Part shown: positions 1-12,239 of the stretch, one piece after another
Numbering within the stretch: the stretch's first letter is position 1
Layout: each line of letters opens with the position of its first letter
Source: Lama guanicoe
Lineage: Eukaryota
Direction of reading: 5' to 3'
Assembly (NCBI GenBank): GCA_013239625.1
Contig: MU054400.1
Location: 3,603,032-3,667,031, forward strand
Length of the DNA: 64,000 nucleotides
Program-made: the position numbers and the translations under genes
The notes under the pieces: model-generated
Told to the model about the DNA's origin: nothing
The model's input: only the letters and a program-made list of their open reading frames with translations
Databases searched by the model: none

Positions 1-382
1 GGATATGTGTCCAGGAGCGGGATTCCTGGGTCATATGGTAAGTCTATTCCTAGTCTTTTGAGGAATCTCCATACTGTTTTCCACAGTGGCTGCACCAAAC
101 TGCATTCCCACCAGCAGTGTAGGAGGGTTCCCAAGATCAAGCCTTTGTCGGTTTCATTTGCAAAAATTTTCTCCCATTCTGTAGGTTGTCTTTTTGTTTT
201 GCTTATGGTTTCCTTTGCTGTGCAGAAGCTTGGAAGTTTCATTAGGTCCCATTTGTTTATTCTTGCTTTTATTTCTATTGTTTGAGTAGGCTGTTCTAGG
301 AGAACATTTTTGAGATGTATGTGAGATGTTTTGCCTATATTTTGTTCTAGGAGGTTTATTGTACCTTGTCTTATGTTTAAGT
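1..382 (-). mobile_element. 5'-truncated L1 (ORF2 C-terminal part), same family as the 26049-33234 element; runs off the window start
   Basis: high identity to 26641-26773 and 27047-27298 of this window. Confidence 0.92.
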
Positions 383-389
383 TGAAGCA

Positions 390-1450
390 TCCCATTCTTA
401 AATCACCTCCTCTGTTTGGTTAAATCTAACCCTTTGCCTATTCTGCCCTTATACCTGCACATCTCGGTGTGACTGGAAAAAAGCACATTCCCACTGATGC
501 GTCCTACTTCCAGTTCATCACCACTGTCTGCAGGTGGGCCCTGAGTGTGCCCTAGCAATCTTTACATTTCCCTAGTGCATTGGCTCCACTCTCCTCAGAC
601 TTCCAACACCATCCTCACTTGAAGCAAATGACCTACCTTCCAATTGCACTGAATAAATAGAAGCAATCTTTCCACCTACCTGCATATGTGGCCTCTATCC
701 TGCTGCCCTTCTGTTATGTAGAAAAACCTCCTGTCCTCCTTTCTAAGAGGGATCCCTTCTACTTGTGCATTAGACCCCATATTCTGTCTTAAATACAAAG
801 ATACTGCTTCAGCAAGGCTTGCCTGTGTCCTTTGCATAATGAATTTGCTGCTCTACTGGATCATTCCCATCAGCATGCAAACATGCTTTACTTATGTGCC
901 TCTGTCTTAAAAATACCACTTCATGACATAACTGGTCCTTCAGCTTCTGCCTCATATCTCAGTTCTTTTCAGCCAGTCTCCTTCACAGGCATCCATACCC
1001 ACTGTCTCTGGTTCTTCCCTCTTTTCTCTGTTGAATCGACTCCAGTCAGGCTTTGAACCCATGTTTCACCAAAATGTTGGCATTATGGTCTTCAGAGACC
1101 TCAGTGTTGCTAAATCCCGTAGTTAATGTTTGGTCTTAAACTTGACCTATCAGAAGATTTTTTTCCTAATTGAAATATAGTCGATATACAATGTTGTGTT
1201 TATTTCTGGTGGACAGCACAGTGATTCAGTTACATGTGTATATGTATTCCTTTCCATATTCTTTCTCAGTATAGGCCATTACAAGGCATTGAATATAGTG
1301 TCCTGTGCTATACAGTAGAGCCTTGTTGTTTATCTGTTTTATATTCAGGTTATGACATAGTTGATCATTATATTTGAAACATTATTTTCTTGGCTTTTAA
1401 TATGTCCTTTATCCCTGGTTTCACACCTCACTGGTTGTTCTTGTTTATCA
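390..1450 (+). mobile_element. L2 relic, interrupted by a short L1 3' end
   Basis: L2-like motifs (ctccagtcaggcttt, gttgctaaatcc, cttgacctatcag...gacatagttgatc); boundaries approximate. Confidence 0.6.
1158..1345 (-). mobile_element. Short L1 3'-end fragment
   Basis: T-run + aattgaaatatagt...tacaatgttgtgt...ttgaatatagt...ctgtgctatacagtag, same motif as other L1 3' ends in the window. Confidence 0.8.
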
Positions 1451-1463
1451 TCTCATTCCCAAA

Positions 1464-2142
1464 CCAGCACCATCCAATAGGAATATAATTTTAAATGTTC
1501 TAGTAACCGTGGGCACATTAAACCATTAAAATTCATTTTAATGACATTTTATTTATTTAGCACAATATATCTAAAGTAGTATTTTAATGTAAAATCAGTT
1601 TAAAAATATTAATGACCCTGGCTGCATGGGACTTGGGTAGAATGGAAATGAGGAGCTCACTAACCCATTGTATTAGCACAGTCTGTTTTTTGTGTAATAT
1701 TACTACCCACTTATGTGTAAAGCTGGGCAAGAGGCTAGTTGTAGGGTATTCTCTGCTTACCTCTGGACCTTAGAAGTGAGGGAAGAGACAAAACACTTTA
1801 CAAAACTGGAAGTGCATGTGGCTTATAAAATTATGGGAAAAGAGTTTTTAAAACAACTCACCAGTAGTCCAGAAATGTGTGTTAAAACCAGATAACTTTT
1901 TTTTGGCCTGTGAGATTAACAAATAGAAATTTCGGACAATTTGTGACTGCAATAAAATGGACACTTCTGTCCACTGTTGGAGATACCATAAATTGGTCCA
2001 GATATTTTAGGGAAAATATTAATGAAATGTTCATGTTTTTTGTACTAAGTATTCTAAATCTGGTATATATTTTGCACTCACAGCACATCCCAGTTTGAAT
2101 TAGTCACATTTCAAGGCGTTGGTAATTATGTGGCACATGGCT
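1464..2142. mobile_element. MER3/MER33-like hAT-Charlie element, split by a 397-bp insertion (1616-2012)
   Basis: cagcaccatccaatag...aaaatattaatga | aaaatattaatga...ctcacagcacatcccagtttgaattagtcacatttcaag...gtggc resembles recalled MER3 consensus. Confidence 0.7.
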
Positions 2143-2512
2143 CAAAACATGGGTGTGGCTCAGGCTCCGTCCTGACACTGCTTCTCTATCTATACTCTTG
2201 ATGATCTCATGCAGTTTCATATTTTTAAATTCTGTCCCTGCTAATGCCAAATTTATATTCTCAACCTAGACTGTTCCCTAAATCTCGTGCTCATATATGC
2301 GGCTGCCTATTCTGCATTCTCACTTGGCTGTCAAATGTAACATTTCCAAAATGACGCTGCTGATTTTCCTCTTGCTTCCAGCTTCCAAGTTCTTCCTTCT
2401 GTAGTCTCCTCAGTCTACGCAAATGGAACTCCTTTCTTCTAGTTGTGCAGACCAGAAACCCTGATGTCATCCTTAACTCTTCTGTTTCTCCTGTACCCCA
2501 AATCTAAACCCT

Positions 2513-2680
2513 CAGGAAGTCTTTGGCAAACTACAGCCTGCAGACCAACCCTGCTGCCTGTGTTTTTTATGGTCCTTGAACTAAGAATGTTTATTGTCTT
2601 TTAAATAGTTACATTTAAATAGTTATATAAGTATCTACTCAATATTCTTCCTTTTAGCCTTGGTTTGTAAAGCCTAAAAA
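2513..2680. mobile_element. MER58-like hAT-Charlie fragment
   Basis: ggcaaactacagcctgcag...gctgcctgtgttttt...gaactaagaatg...aaagcctaaaa. Confidence 0.6.
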
Positions 2681-3221
2681 AAAAACAAGAAAAATTTTGC
2701 CTGTCCTTAAACCTATATTACCTATATTGATTTTATCACCATATGCTAGACATTGTGGCAGGTGCTGGGAATAAAATGACAGGCATATCACTTTGCTGTG
2801 CAGGATGAGGATGGGAGTCTAAGAGCTCGTTTCTTAGACATCTGGCTTCTTATTCCTGTAGCCACACATCTTTCCCTTCAGAGGTGGCTGATGCCTCTAA
2901 TTCCTGAATGTTTTCTTCGGTTTTGCTTTTCATTGGCATTGGTTTAGGCTTTTTCACTCGCGTAAGTCCGTTATCTTTTGTCCAATTACTTTGCATCTTC
3001 CAAAAATTCCCTTATGTGTCTTGAATGTTGTCTTCCATTCTCTCTGTCTTCTTTGTCCTTTGGAGATCAAACTTTTAATTCCTTAACTGTCATTTAGTTG
3101 GGTTTCAAGAGATGCAGTGGAAATACTAACTTAACAAACTCCAGCATTTCTACTGCCTACATGATAAAATTCAGAGCCCTTAAGGTAACTCTGTTCATGA
3201 TCTGGCCCCAACTTTGTTACT

Positions 3222-4100
3222 CATTTTTTATTTTTTTACTGAGTTATATGACATACAGCATTGTATAAATAAGTTTAAGGCATACAGCATATTGATTTGA
3301 TACATTTATATTGCAAAATGATTGCAATGGTAGCATTAGTTAACATCTCTGTGTCATCACATAATTATCGTTTCTTCTAGCTCTGAGAACAATTAAAATG
3401 TAGTCTCTTACCAAGTTTAATGTTTATAGTACAGTTTTGCTGTCTGTAAGCACTGCACTGTATATTAGGTCTTCAGGACTTACCTATTACTTACAAGTTT
3501 GTACCCTTAAACAGCATCCCCCCAGTTTCCCCATACCCAGCCCCTGGTAAATACCATTTTACTCTCTGCTTTCACGATTTTGGTTTTTTTAGATTCCACA
3601 TATGAGAGAGATCATACAGTGTTTGTCTTTCTCTTACTTGTCTCACTTAGCATAATGTCCTTAAGGTCCATTTGTGATGTTGCAAATGGCAGAATTTCCT
3701 TTTTTTTCTTATGACTGGATATTATCCCATTGTATAAATATTACCACATCTTCTTTATCCATTCATTCATTGATGGTCACTTAGGTTGTTTCCATACCTT
3801 AGCTATTGTGAATAACACTGCAGTAAACATGGGCGTGCATGTCTCTTCAGTTACCTGTTTTCATTTCCTTTGGATATACATGTGCCCATAAATGGAATTG
3901 CTGGATTGGATGGAAGTTCTAATTTTAATTTTTTGAGTAACTGCCGTAGTGTTCTCGATAGTGGCTGAACTGGTTTATAGTCCCATCAGCAGTGCACAGG
4001 GATTCCCTTTTCTCCACATCCTCTCCAGTGTTTGTTAACTCTTGTCATTTTGGTGATCACCATTCTAGGAGTGTGGGTGTGAGGTGATACCTCATTGTGA
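3222..4100 (-). mobile_element. L1MA-type 3' end
   Basis: ttagattccacatatgag...ttcacttagcataatg...tttatccattcattcattgatgg...gtgaggtgatacctcattgtg. Confidence 0.88.
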
Positions 4101-4109
4101 TATTTATTA

Positions 4110-4267
4110 CAGGCATACCTCAGAGATACTGCAGGTATGGTTCCAGACCACCACAATAAAGCAAATACTGCAATATAGCAAGTCACATGAGTTTTTTTGT
4201 TTCCTAGTGCATGTTGAAGTATGTTTACTACACTGTAGTCTGTTAATGTGTGACAGCATTATGCCTG
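4110..4267 (-). mobile_element. Tigger1 internal-deletion derivative (MITE-like) with TA TSDs
   Basis: TA|CAGGCATACCTCAGAGATACTGCAGGT...GTTCCAGACCACCACAATAAAGC...TATGCCTG|TA. Confidence 0.85.
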
Positions 4268-5084
4268 TACTCCTCTTTCTCCTCCCCCTGGCATTTTATT
4301 CTTCAGCTGGTCCTGTATATTATTTTCTTTCATTATTTGATGCTTGTGCACAGGATTTTCCTTCTGGCTCCTATACCTTTTCTCCTTACCCTCTAGAGCA
4401 GAGTCCTACTTACCTTTCAACTCAGATCCCAATCTCCTGACTTCTCCAGACAGAATTCAGTTTTGTTCTCTGCCCTTTTTTACGTGTTCTTCTGTCACAG
4501 CTGGTGTGCATGGAACAGTCCTGCCTGGCACCTTTTGTCCTGGTGTAATATTAGTAGCATTCTCTTTTACTCACAGTAGTCTACCAGTTTGAATAATAAT
4601 GGTATGGTCCACCCTTGCCATCATTTTCCTTGAACATGGATGTGATGTTTGGAAGTACTGCTTCATTTTGTGGACATGAGGTGACAAATGTGAAAATCTA
4701 AAAGCTTGGGATGGTAGAGCTGAAAGAAGGATTCTAAGATTCTGATGTTCATGTTATTTGGCATGCTGTAAGTCTGCATCATTTAAGTTGCTGTAGTTGG
4801 TTTTTTCTCTTACTTGCAGCCAAATGTATTTCTAATACAACAATAAATAAATGAAACTATAAAAGCTCTTGGTTTGCCTGGCAAAGTGTAAACATTTTTA
4901 TCCATTTGGTATGTATCTTTCCAGATATTTTCTATGATATGTACCCATGTTTACATGATGGAATCAGGTAGACTTGTTTGCAACTTGCATTTTCCCATGG
5001 AGAATAGAGAATAGATTTCTGTATAGACCGAATACTTCATTGTTTTTTATTTGCATAGCATCATGTTGAGCATTCAGGTTTTGA

Positions 5085-5755
5085 ATTAATTACTTCTGGC
5101 AAGAATCATCAAAGGATGCTAAAACTAGTAGACCAAAGTATAATGAGACATAGGATTTGTACCTAGCCTCAATGTATCTTCCCACAAGATATTTATTAAT
5201 TACAAAAGTTAAAATGATAAATTTACAGTAGAGAAACTTAGCAGATACCATCTTAGCCAGGTGGCCAGAGTTAACATCACCAGTAATGGGATAATGCAAC
5301 ACCAAGTATCTTCCAGATGCAGCGATCGAAGGACACAACATCACTTCTGTGATGTTCCTATCGAATATGACATAAACTGAATTTAACTTTGGAGAAATAT
5401 AAAACAAACCTATATTCAGGGACAAACACAAAATAACTGGCTTGCACTGTTCTGAAATGTGAGGGTGTGAAGGGCAAGGACAAAGGAAGATATTAAAGAG
5501 ATGTTGGTTTCCTGACTTGATAATTGTACTGTGGATATATAAGAGAATGATTTTTTACTTTAAAAAAATCACACTGGTATTTAGAGATAAAGGGGTTTAA
5601 AGTCTGCAACCTACTCTCAAAGGTTTTAGGGAAAAAAATAGAGAATTATAAAGTAAATGTGGCTTAATGTTATTGGGGAATATGGGTGAAGGGAATATGG
5701 GATTTCTTTTTACTATTTTTTGTAATCTGACTTTTTTTCAGAGTAAAAGTTTAAA
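5085..5755 (+). mobile_element. Old L1 (L1MC/ME-type) 3'UTR fragment
   Basis: tttacagtagagaaact...gttaacatcaccagtaatgg...acaacatcacttctgtga...tctgcaacctactctcaaa. Confidence 0.7.
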
Positions 5756-5759
5756 AAGC

Positions 5760-5980
5760 CTCTGGGGAGTGAGACCCCATAAATTTGTGTTTTTACTCTG
5801 TCACTTACTAGCTTTGTGGTTTTGGGGAGTTTAACTTTTCTACGCCTCAGTTTCTGCATTTGTAAAATGTAGTTTTTAAAAATACCCACCTCAGAGCGTT
5901 AATGTGAGGGTTAACGAAGTTAATGTAAGTAAAATGTTTAGAACAGGGCCTGGCACATAATAAGCACTTAATAATGTTAG
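5760..5980 (+). mobile_element. MIR SINE
   Basis: cacttactagct...gcctcagtttctgcatttgtaaaatg...gcctggcacataataagcacttaataa. Confidence 0.85.
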
Positions 5981-6150
5981 GTGGTGGTGGTGGTGGTGGT
6001 GGTGGTGGTAGTAGTGGTGGTAGTAGTAGGGTTAACGAAGTTAATGTAAGTAAAATGTTTAGAACAGGGCCTGGCACCACATAATAAGCACTTAATAATG
6101 TTAGGTGGTGGTGGTGGTGGTGGTGGTGGTGGTAGTAGTGGTGGTAGTAG
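5907..6150. repeat. Two-copy ~121-bp tandem duplication containing (GGT)n/(AGT)n microsatellite
   Basis: agggttaacgaagttaatg... at 5907 and 6028. Confidence 0.95.
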
Positions 6151-6849
6151 TCAGTAGTAGTCAGTAGTAGTAGGATCCCACTGCATGTGCAGTGACTTAC
6201 AAGCCACTTACTGGGCATTTACACTGTTTGAAGACCTAATCTGATTACCTGTGTGCATGTTTTACCCTTCCTTGTACCCTAACTATGTTATATAGTATCT
6301 GGTCTGTGGTAGGTACTCAAATTTTAGTTGAATGAATCAGGTCATTTCAGGAGTCCCTGAAATCTTTATGCACAGTTTTTTTATCCATGAAATGAATATT
6401 TAAAGTAATAGTAAATCACAACTGATACATTGTGATTGTTTTAGAAGGGGTTGAAATAGTTTTACTTTATTAGAATATTATCAGTACGGTAATCAAGATT
6501 ACTGCTTTGGTGAAGTCATGTTCAATTCGTGTTGATATAGGGTATTCTGTTACAGTTATAATTGTATACTATTCTAAATTTCTTTACAAGGCTGAATTGT
6601 TTAAAACGCTGTGTTTTATAGAACCCTAAATGCCCCTGGTAACTTTTGGCAGCTGTATCTTGGTAGTATTGTAAAGATATTGTAAAGTGTAGTAAAGAAC
6701 ATGGGCTCTATCTTTCGCAGCATCTTACTTCCTTGCTGGATGGTAGGCTCTATGTGGCAGTGATGGCATTTTACTGTTGCATCCCTGGTATTTAGCCCGT
6801 ACCAGCCACCATAGGGCTCTCAGAAATGAGTGAATAAATAAAGTTTTCC

Positions 6850-8580
6850 CTACTAACTACTCACCTCTAAAATCTTGGTATCAAGCATACTGTCCTTTGA
6901 TCAATACCACTTCTTTCGATTCCTCTCTTCCTTCCACCCTTCAGTTCCACAAAGACCCAGTTCAGAGGTGCTGTTGCTTTATTTTTCTCTGTTACTTTCG
7001 TCGTGTCTTCATTTCCATGGCCCAGTTAGCGCTCAGATCACTCTTTTTCAAACACCCTGAACTCCGTTGCCCCTCTAATCTCATAATGTGTCACTTCTCT
7101 GGCAAAACCCCAACCACTTGCCTACTTGCTGCTCGCACCCAAACAACAGAAGGCAGCTAGAGAAAATTCACATCTGTGTGTCTGTTCTCACTTTAATTTT
7201 AGGGCTGCAAATCTCAGACGGGCACTCAGCACTAGAGACAATGCTGTCCTACAACCCTTCTGTAGTGAACTTGCTTTTCCAGTCTCCCAGGTGACTTTTC
7301 ACATCTTTTACTTTTCAAACCTCCGGTGCCAACCGTCACTGTCAGCTTGCTTTCTACCTAAATGGAATATTTAGATACAGTCAGATGTACTTAGAAGTGT
7401 GCCATCGTCTAGTCGCAAGTGCTAACCTGTGATGGTATCCACGCACTCTGTCGTCTGTCTTGTTAAAATGAAATCCCTGTGGACGTCTAAGCTCTCAGCC
7501 CCTCCATGTGTTCGAGTCTGTCCCCTCTTGCCTGCACAGTTAGTAACTTTTCTTTGTATTGCATTGCTGTTCTGTCTTTCGCTGCTAGATTATTCTTATT
7601 GGCATATAAACGTGTTTTAGTATCACTCAATTTAAAACAAAGCGCCACAGGTCCCTTGATCCCATGGCTCCTTATAACTGCACCATTTCTCTGCTACCCT
7701 GTATGTACTGGAAACTCCTTGAATGAGCTGTTAATACTTACTTTACTTTCTCTTTCATTCTCTTCTCACCCACTCCAGTTGGACATTCTTCTCTACCACT
7801 ACACAGAAACTGGTGTTAGCAAGGTCCTTAATGACATTCAGCTTACCCTGTCCATCACTCCTCCCTGTTCAGCCATCAGCTTCATTGCACTCAGTTGACC
7901 ACTCTTTGAGATACTTTCTCTTCACCTTCCTCGTACGACGGTCTCCTGGATTTCTTTCTTTCTCACTGGTTAGTCCATTTCCTGTGCTTGCTCCTCCAGA
8001 CACTCCAGTTCTCTCGGGCTCTCCATCGGTTGATTTCCTCTAGTTCTGTGGCTCTTAATACCAGATGTAAGTTGATGAAGTCCAAATTTGTATCTCTAGT
8101 CCTGATTTTCTCCTCTGCCCTTCAGACTTTAGCAGGCACCTTCCTGAAATCTTCACTTGGATGACCAAAGAAATTACAAATTTAGTATAGTCAAAATTGT
8201 ACTCCATTTCTGCCCTTAAACCTCCTCCTCCCAGTCTCTGCCCCATCTGAGTCAATGGTGTCATCATTTACTGGTTGCTCAGGCCAAAAATCTAAAAGTG
8301 ATCCTTGATTGTATAATTTACCTCATATTCAGTTCCTCAGCACATCATGTAGGCTTTACTTTTTAAATGTATTCTGATTTCATCATTTGCAGTTATAATC
8401 TCAGTCCTAATCGCCATCAGCGTCTGGTTGGACTGTTGGGTGGTGTCTATTATCTGGTCTCTCTGGTTTCACTTTGACTTTTGTCCTCCTTAAGGCCACA
8501 GAGTTTGGATAGTGATATGTTAATGGCAGCATCTGTTTGCATAACTCCTCTGCTCAATCCTCCAGTCATTTAGATCAAAT
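6850..8580 (+). mobile_element. L2 relic
   Basis: pyrimidine-rich L2 ORF2/3' motifs (aaggtccttaatgac, tccaaatttgtatctctagtcctga, tcagtcaatgg-like...ttgctcaggccaaaaatct). Confidence 0.65.
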
Positions 8581-8969
8581 TTTTGTTACTAAGGTTTGTA
8601 TTTGTTATACAGACCTGTGATAATCTTCCAGGTAAATGCTTTTCCTTAAATACTTGGTAAATAGTCCACAGGTAATTTTTGGTTTTGTTTTGTCTACATG
8701 GTGTTAGCATACTTAATTTTAAAAACTTTTTATCATTAAAAAAAATCTGACAATTTTACATTAAATTGGGTTTTTGTTCTGAAAAACTAGGAAACTGTAC
8801 CAAACTAGCCCTGTACTCGTTCATGGCCACAATAGGGTAAATAGTGGGCTACTTTCTCACGTGAAGTCTGTGTTCTCCTGTCTGCCACAGTCTGCACACT
8901 CCCCACTGTATCTTGTAGCCAGCCTGATGTTCTTAGGGAGATTAACAGCCAAGGGCCCCTGCCCTGCAC

Positions 8970-9900
8970 TAGGTTGTCGTTCATCCAGCAGGTAGTTTCT
9001 GAACAGTACTCTGTGTCAGGCACTATGCTAAGCCCTAGAGATAAAGCAGTGAATCAGACAAAGTCCTGAGCTCAGGGATTATGCATTCCTTGGGACACAC
9101 AGACCATGTGTAAGTAAACAAGTAAATGTATAATGTCAGGTGGTGATAAATTCTATGAAGGAAAGTAAAGCAGGGGGAAGGCATATAGAGTGGTGGGGGT
9201 GGTGGGTGCTATTTTAGAGAGAGTGCGCAGGGAAAACCTCTATATGAGGAATTGATGTTGGGACAGAGGCTAGAATATAGAAGGGGGTGGAGCTTTGTTA
9301 AGAAAATCATTTTGGGGAGGGAGTCAGTAGGTACAAAGGCCCTGAGAAGAGTATGTGTTTGGAGGACAATGTGAAGACCCATATGATTGCAGTGCAGTGA
9401 ACATAGAGATGAGTGGTAGGTAGGACACGGGGCTGAAGAGGCGGGGGACCAGGGCCACATGATGGAGGGCCTTAGAGGCCATGGAGGAATTGGGGATTTT
9501 ACTGTGAGGAAGGAAATTACTGAAAGGTTTTGAGTAGAAAGTGACATGAAATGACTTATCTTAAAACAGTCCCTTTGGTTTCTGGTAATGAGTGAATGAC
9601 AGCAGACAGTTGTGGAATGGGGGGATCTATCTGGAGGCGGTTGCAGAAGTAAGAGATGGTGGCTCTTTGAACTAGAGATAACTGTGAAAGGAGTGAGATG
9701 TGATTAGAATTTGAGGATAGATCTACAGTGTTTTCTGAAGGATTTGATATGGTTTGTGGGACAACAAGAGGACTTGGTTTTCAGCCTGAGTAACTGGATA
9801 GATGGAGGTGCCTTCTAACAATGTGATAAACGCTAAGAGAGTTCCTATTTAGACATGTAAAATTTGAGAATTCTATTTAATGTCCAAGTAGAGATAGAGT
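8970..9900 (-). mobile_element. L2a-like element
   Basis: ttcatccagca...tgaacagtactctgtgtcaggcactatgctaag...caaaggccctgag...ttcagcctgagtaactggatagatggaggtgcc. Confidence 0.8.
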
Positions 9901-10813
9901 ATGAATGTCACCTATAGGGTAAATTTATAACTCTCTAATACAACCTGAGACTTCTGAAAGACCCAGTCCTGTGAGGCTCTTTGAGCTCTTTGAGACTAGG
10001 GACATTGCTTATATCTCTTTCTAAGATACAGTACCTGACGTGAATTGCATACTTACTGGTTTTTGTTAAGAGTCCAGAAATTTTGCTATAGCTCTAACCA
10101 CTGCTGTAAATATCTACAATTCCATTATACTGGACTTTATGTACATTTTATAGGGATTGTCAATATGGCAGAAACACTCCTTTAATAGAGCTTCTAACGA
10201 CTTAATCAAAATCAGCCAGGTGATGTTAAACTTTTCGTAGTGTATCTGGCAACCACTTAATTTATTAATGTCTCATCAGTGTTTTAAATGATTTTGGGAG
10301 TATATATGAATCGTTTTTTTCCTTTAGAGTGACCTGAAGCGGGAATATGGTTTTGCTATCATTTTGAGTAATTTTATTTGGTAAGGCTCAATCTTTGTAG
10401 CCTAACAGTGTGTAAAACAGCACACACTGTGCATAATAAGTTTTGAAGAGTCTTCTCTAAATTTTGCAACCTTATCATCAAATAGTAATTATTATATATT
10501 TATTGTTCACCTGTGAATGTGAGAATTGTTTGTAAGTGGGAATTACTACTTTGTGATATTATCATAAGCATTATTTGGCAGATAAACATATTAAATGCAA
10601 GTATGTTTAAATAGCCTAAGGACAAGCAATTGAAATTAAGAACAGAGATAGCATTAGAATATGGTGTTTTAAGGGTATGCCTGTAAAGAAAGCTTAGATG
10701 CATGATAGCAACATTTAGGATGACATCCTGTTAGTGTTTTCTTATTAGCAAATACTGATTTTGTAAAAGAAATGTAATGAAAGGTTTTGCCTAATTATTG
10801 TTTTTCTGTATAG

Positions 10814-10880
10814 GAAGATTTTCAGTCAATGACTTACGGATTTAAAATGGCTAACAGTGTGACAGATCTTCGAGTTACAG
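10814..10880 (+). CDS. NAA35: NAA35 coding exon (first in window): [23 protein letters not shown]
   Basis: tag|GAAGAT acceptor, CAG|gtaaac donor; 67 nt; translation matches recalled NAA35/MAK10 sequence. Confidence 0.97.
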
Positions 10881-10959
10881 GTAAACTCATTTACAAAGAT
10901 AATTCACAAGTTTTACTTTTGGATGTGTTTCCTTTTAAAATTGTTGTCTCTCTTTCTAG

Positions 10960-11003
10960 GCATGCTCAAAGATGTGGAGGATGACATGCAAAGAAGAGTA
11001 AAG
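10960..11003 (+). CDS. NAA35: NAA35 coding exon: (G)[14 protein letters not shown]
   Basis: ctag|GC acceptor, AAG|gtatat donor; 44 nt, phase fits the previous exon across a 79-nt intron. Confidence 0.97.
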
Positions 11004-11499
11004 GTATATATATTTTTTTCTTTTCTTTGGTATAGGATATTTGTATTCTTCTAAATGTCAGATTAACTTTAGCTGTTTACAAATAGCTTGTGTAAGTAGG
11101 ACCACCAACTTTATATATGCTGTGCCTCTTTTTGGTAATGAATTTGAGGACAGCTAGAGGAGTTCCTGATGAATTAATATTACTTTCAAGTGTTGAAAAT
11201 TTAACCCTTTCAGTTTTTTCCATTTTTTGCCAGTGTTTTAGAATTTTAGTATGCTGTGTTAAAACTAGCATAAGAGTCTAGAGTTTTAAATTCCTCAAAG
11301 GTAAGGACTATCTCTTCACTTTTGTGTCTTTAATAGTTGAGACAGTGTCTAGAATATAGTAGAAGAGCTCAATAAATGCTAGTTTCTCACATCTGCTAAA
11401 TGCCGGATGAATGACATCCTTTGTCCAGATGACCCTGAAGATTTTGTTCTCATTGAGATTAAACATGAAAAAATTATGTTTCTACTGTTTTTACACTTG

Positions 11500-11700
11500 T
11501 ATAATGCAGCATGGTTGTCAAAGCAATTTTACATTATTGCCTCATTGATACTTACAGTTGTTCAGTGCATTAGGCAATAAAATGTACTTTAAGATGAGAA
11601 AACTATAGCTCAAAAGAGTTAAGTAACCTGTCTTGAGTCTTACTTAAGGGCATGCCATCAGTAAGCGGTAGCTCCAGGGCTGAAACTGACATCTGCCAGA
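11500..11700 (-). mobile_element. MIR SINE
   Basis: agatgagaaaactatagctcaaaagagttaagtaacctg core. Confidence 0.65.
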
Positions 11701-12188
11701 TCTTCCTGTGGTTCTGCTTTGGAATTTTGTCAAAATAGTCAACCACATGTTACACATGTATAAACCAGATGGTTTTCATTTTAGTATAAAACAGATCAGT
11801 ATTTACCATGTGACTTTAATTTTATAATGTGATTTTGTAAAAGTTACTTTTTTTTTCTTAACAAGGTTTGTTCTTTGAGAGCATCAGGAATTTCAGATAA
11901 TAGATCCTTTTAAATAGAAAGAAGTACTCTGTACCATTGGCTTTATTTATTATTTATTATACCTTTAATTCCTTTGTGTGATCTTTATAATTTATATAAA
12001 AACGAACTTCCTGTGTATAATATTAATAGGAAAATGAATGATACAGCTTTTTTCTTCGAACTGTTTTTCTTCAAAATAGGCTCTTGCATATACTCAGTAA
12101 ATTAATTAATTGCTTTACCTTGTATAATTATAATCTACTGCTTTTATAGGTTTGTGTTTGTTTTAATTAACCTTTTTTAAAATTTTAG

Positions 12189-12239
12189 AGTACTCGAAGT
12201 CGACAAGGAGAAGAAAGAGATCCAGAAGTTGAACTAGAA
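12189..12239 (+). CDS. NAA35: NAA35 coding exon: STRSRQGEERDPEVELE
   Basis: ttttag|AGT, GAA|gtaatt; 51 nt in frame. Confidence 0.97.

Noticed and set aside
1616..2012. piggyBac-like CCCT...AGGG ends
   Set aside because: The inverted match is only 4 bp and the TSD is 13 bp, not TTAA.
5847..6218. 123-aa ORF with poly-His and poly-Pro
   Set aside because: Translation of the (GGT)n microsatellite and duplicated MIR; no coding evidence.
1..10813. Further upstream NAA35 exons or promoter
   Set aside because: No sequence encoding the expected preceding peptide (...REKVNKAAVFEE) and no CpG island found; this is intron.
10881..10959. 79-nt intron as a possible U12-type or unusual intron
   Set aside because: Ordinary GT-AG U2 signals; none of the NAA35 donors in the window has the U12 RTATCCT motif.
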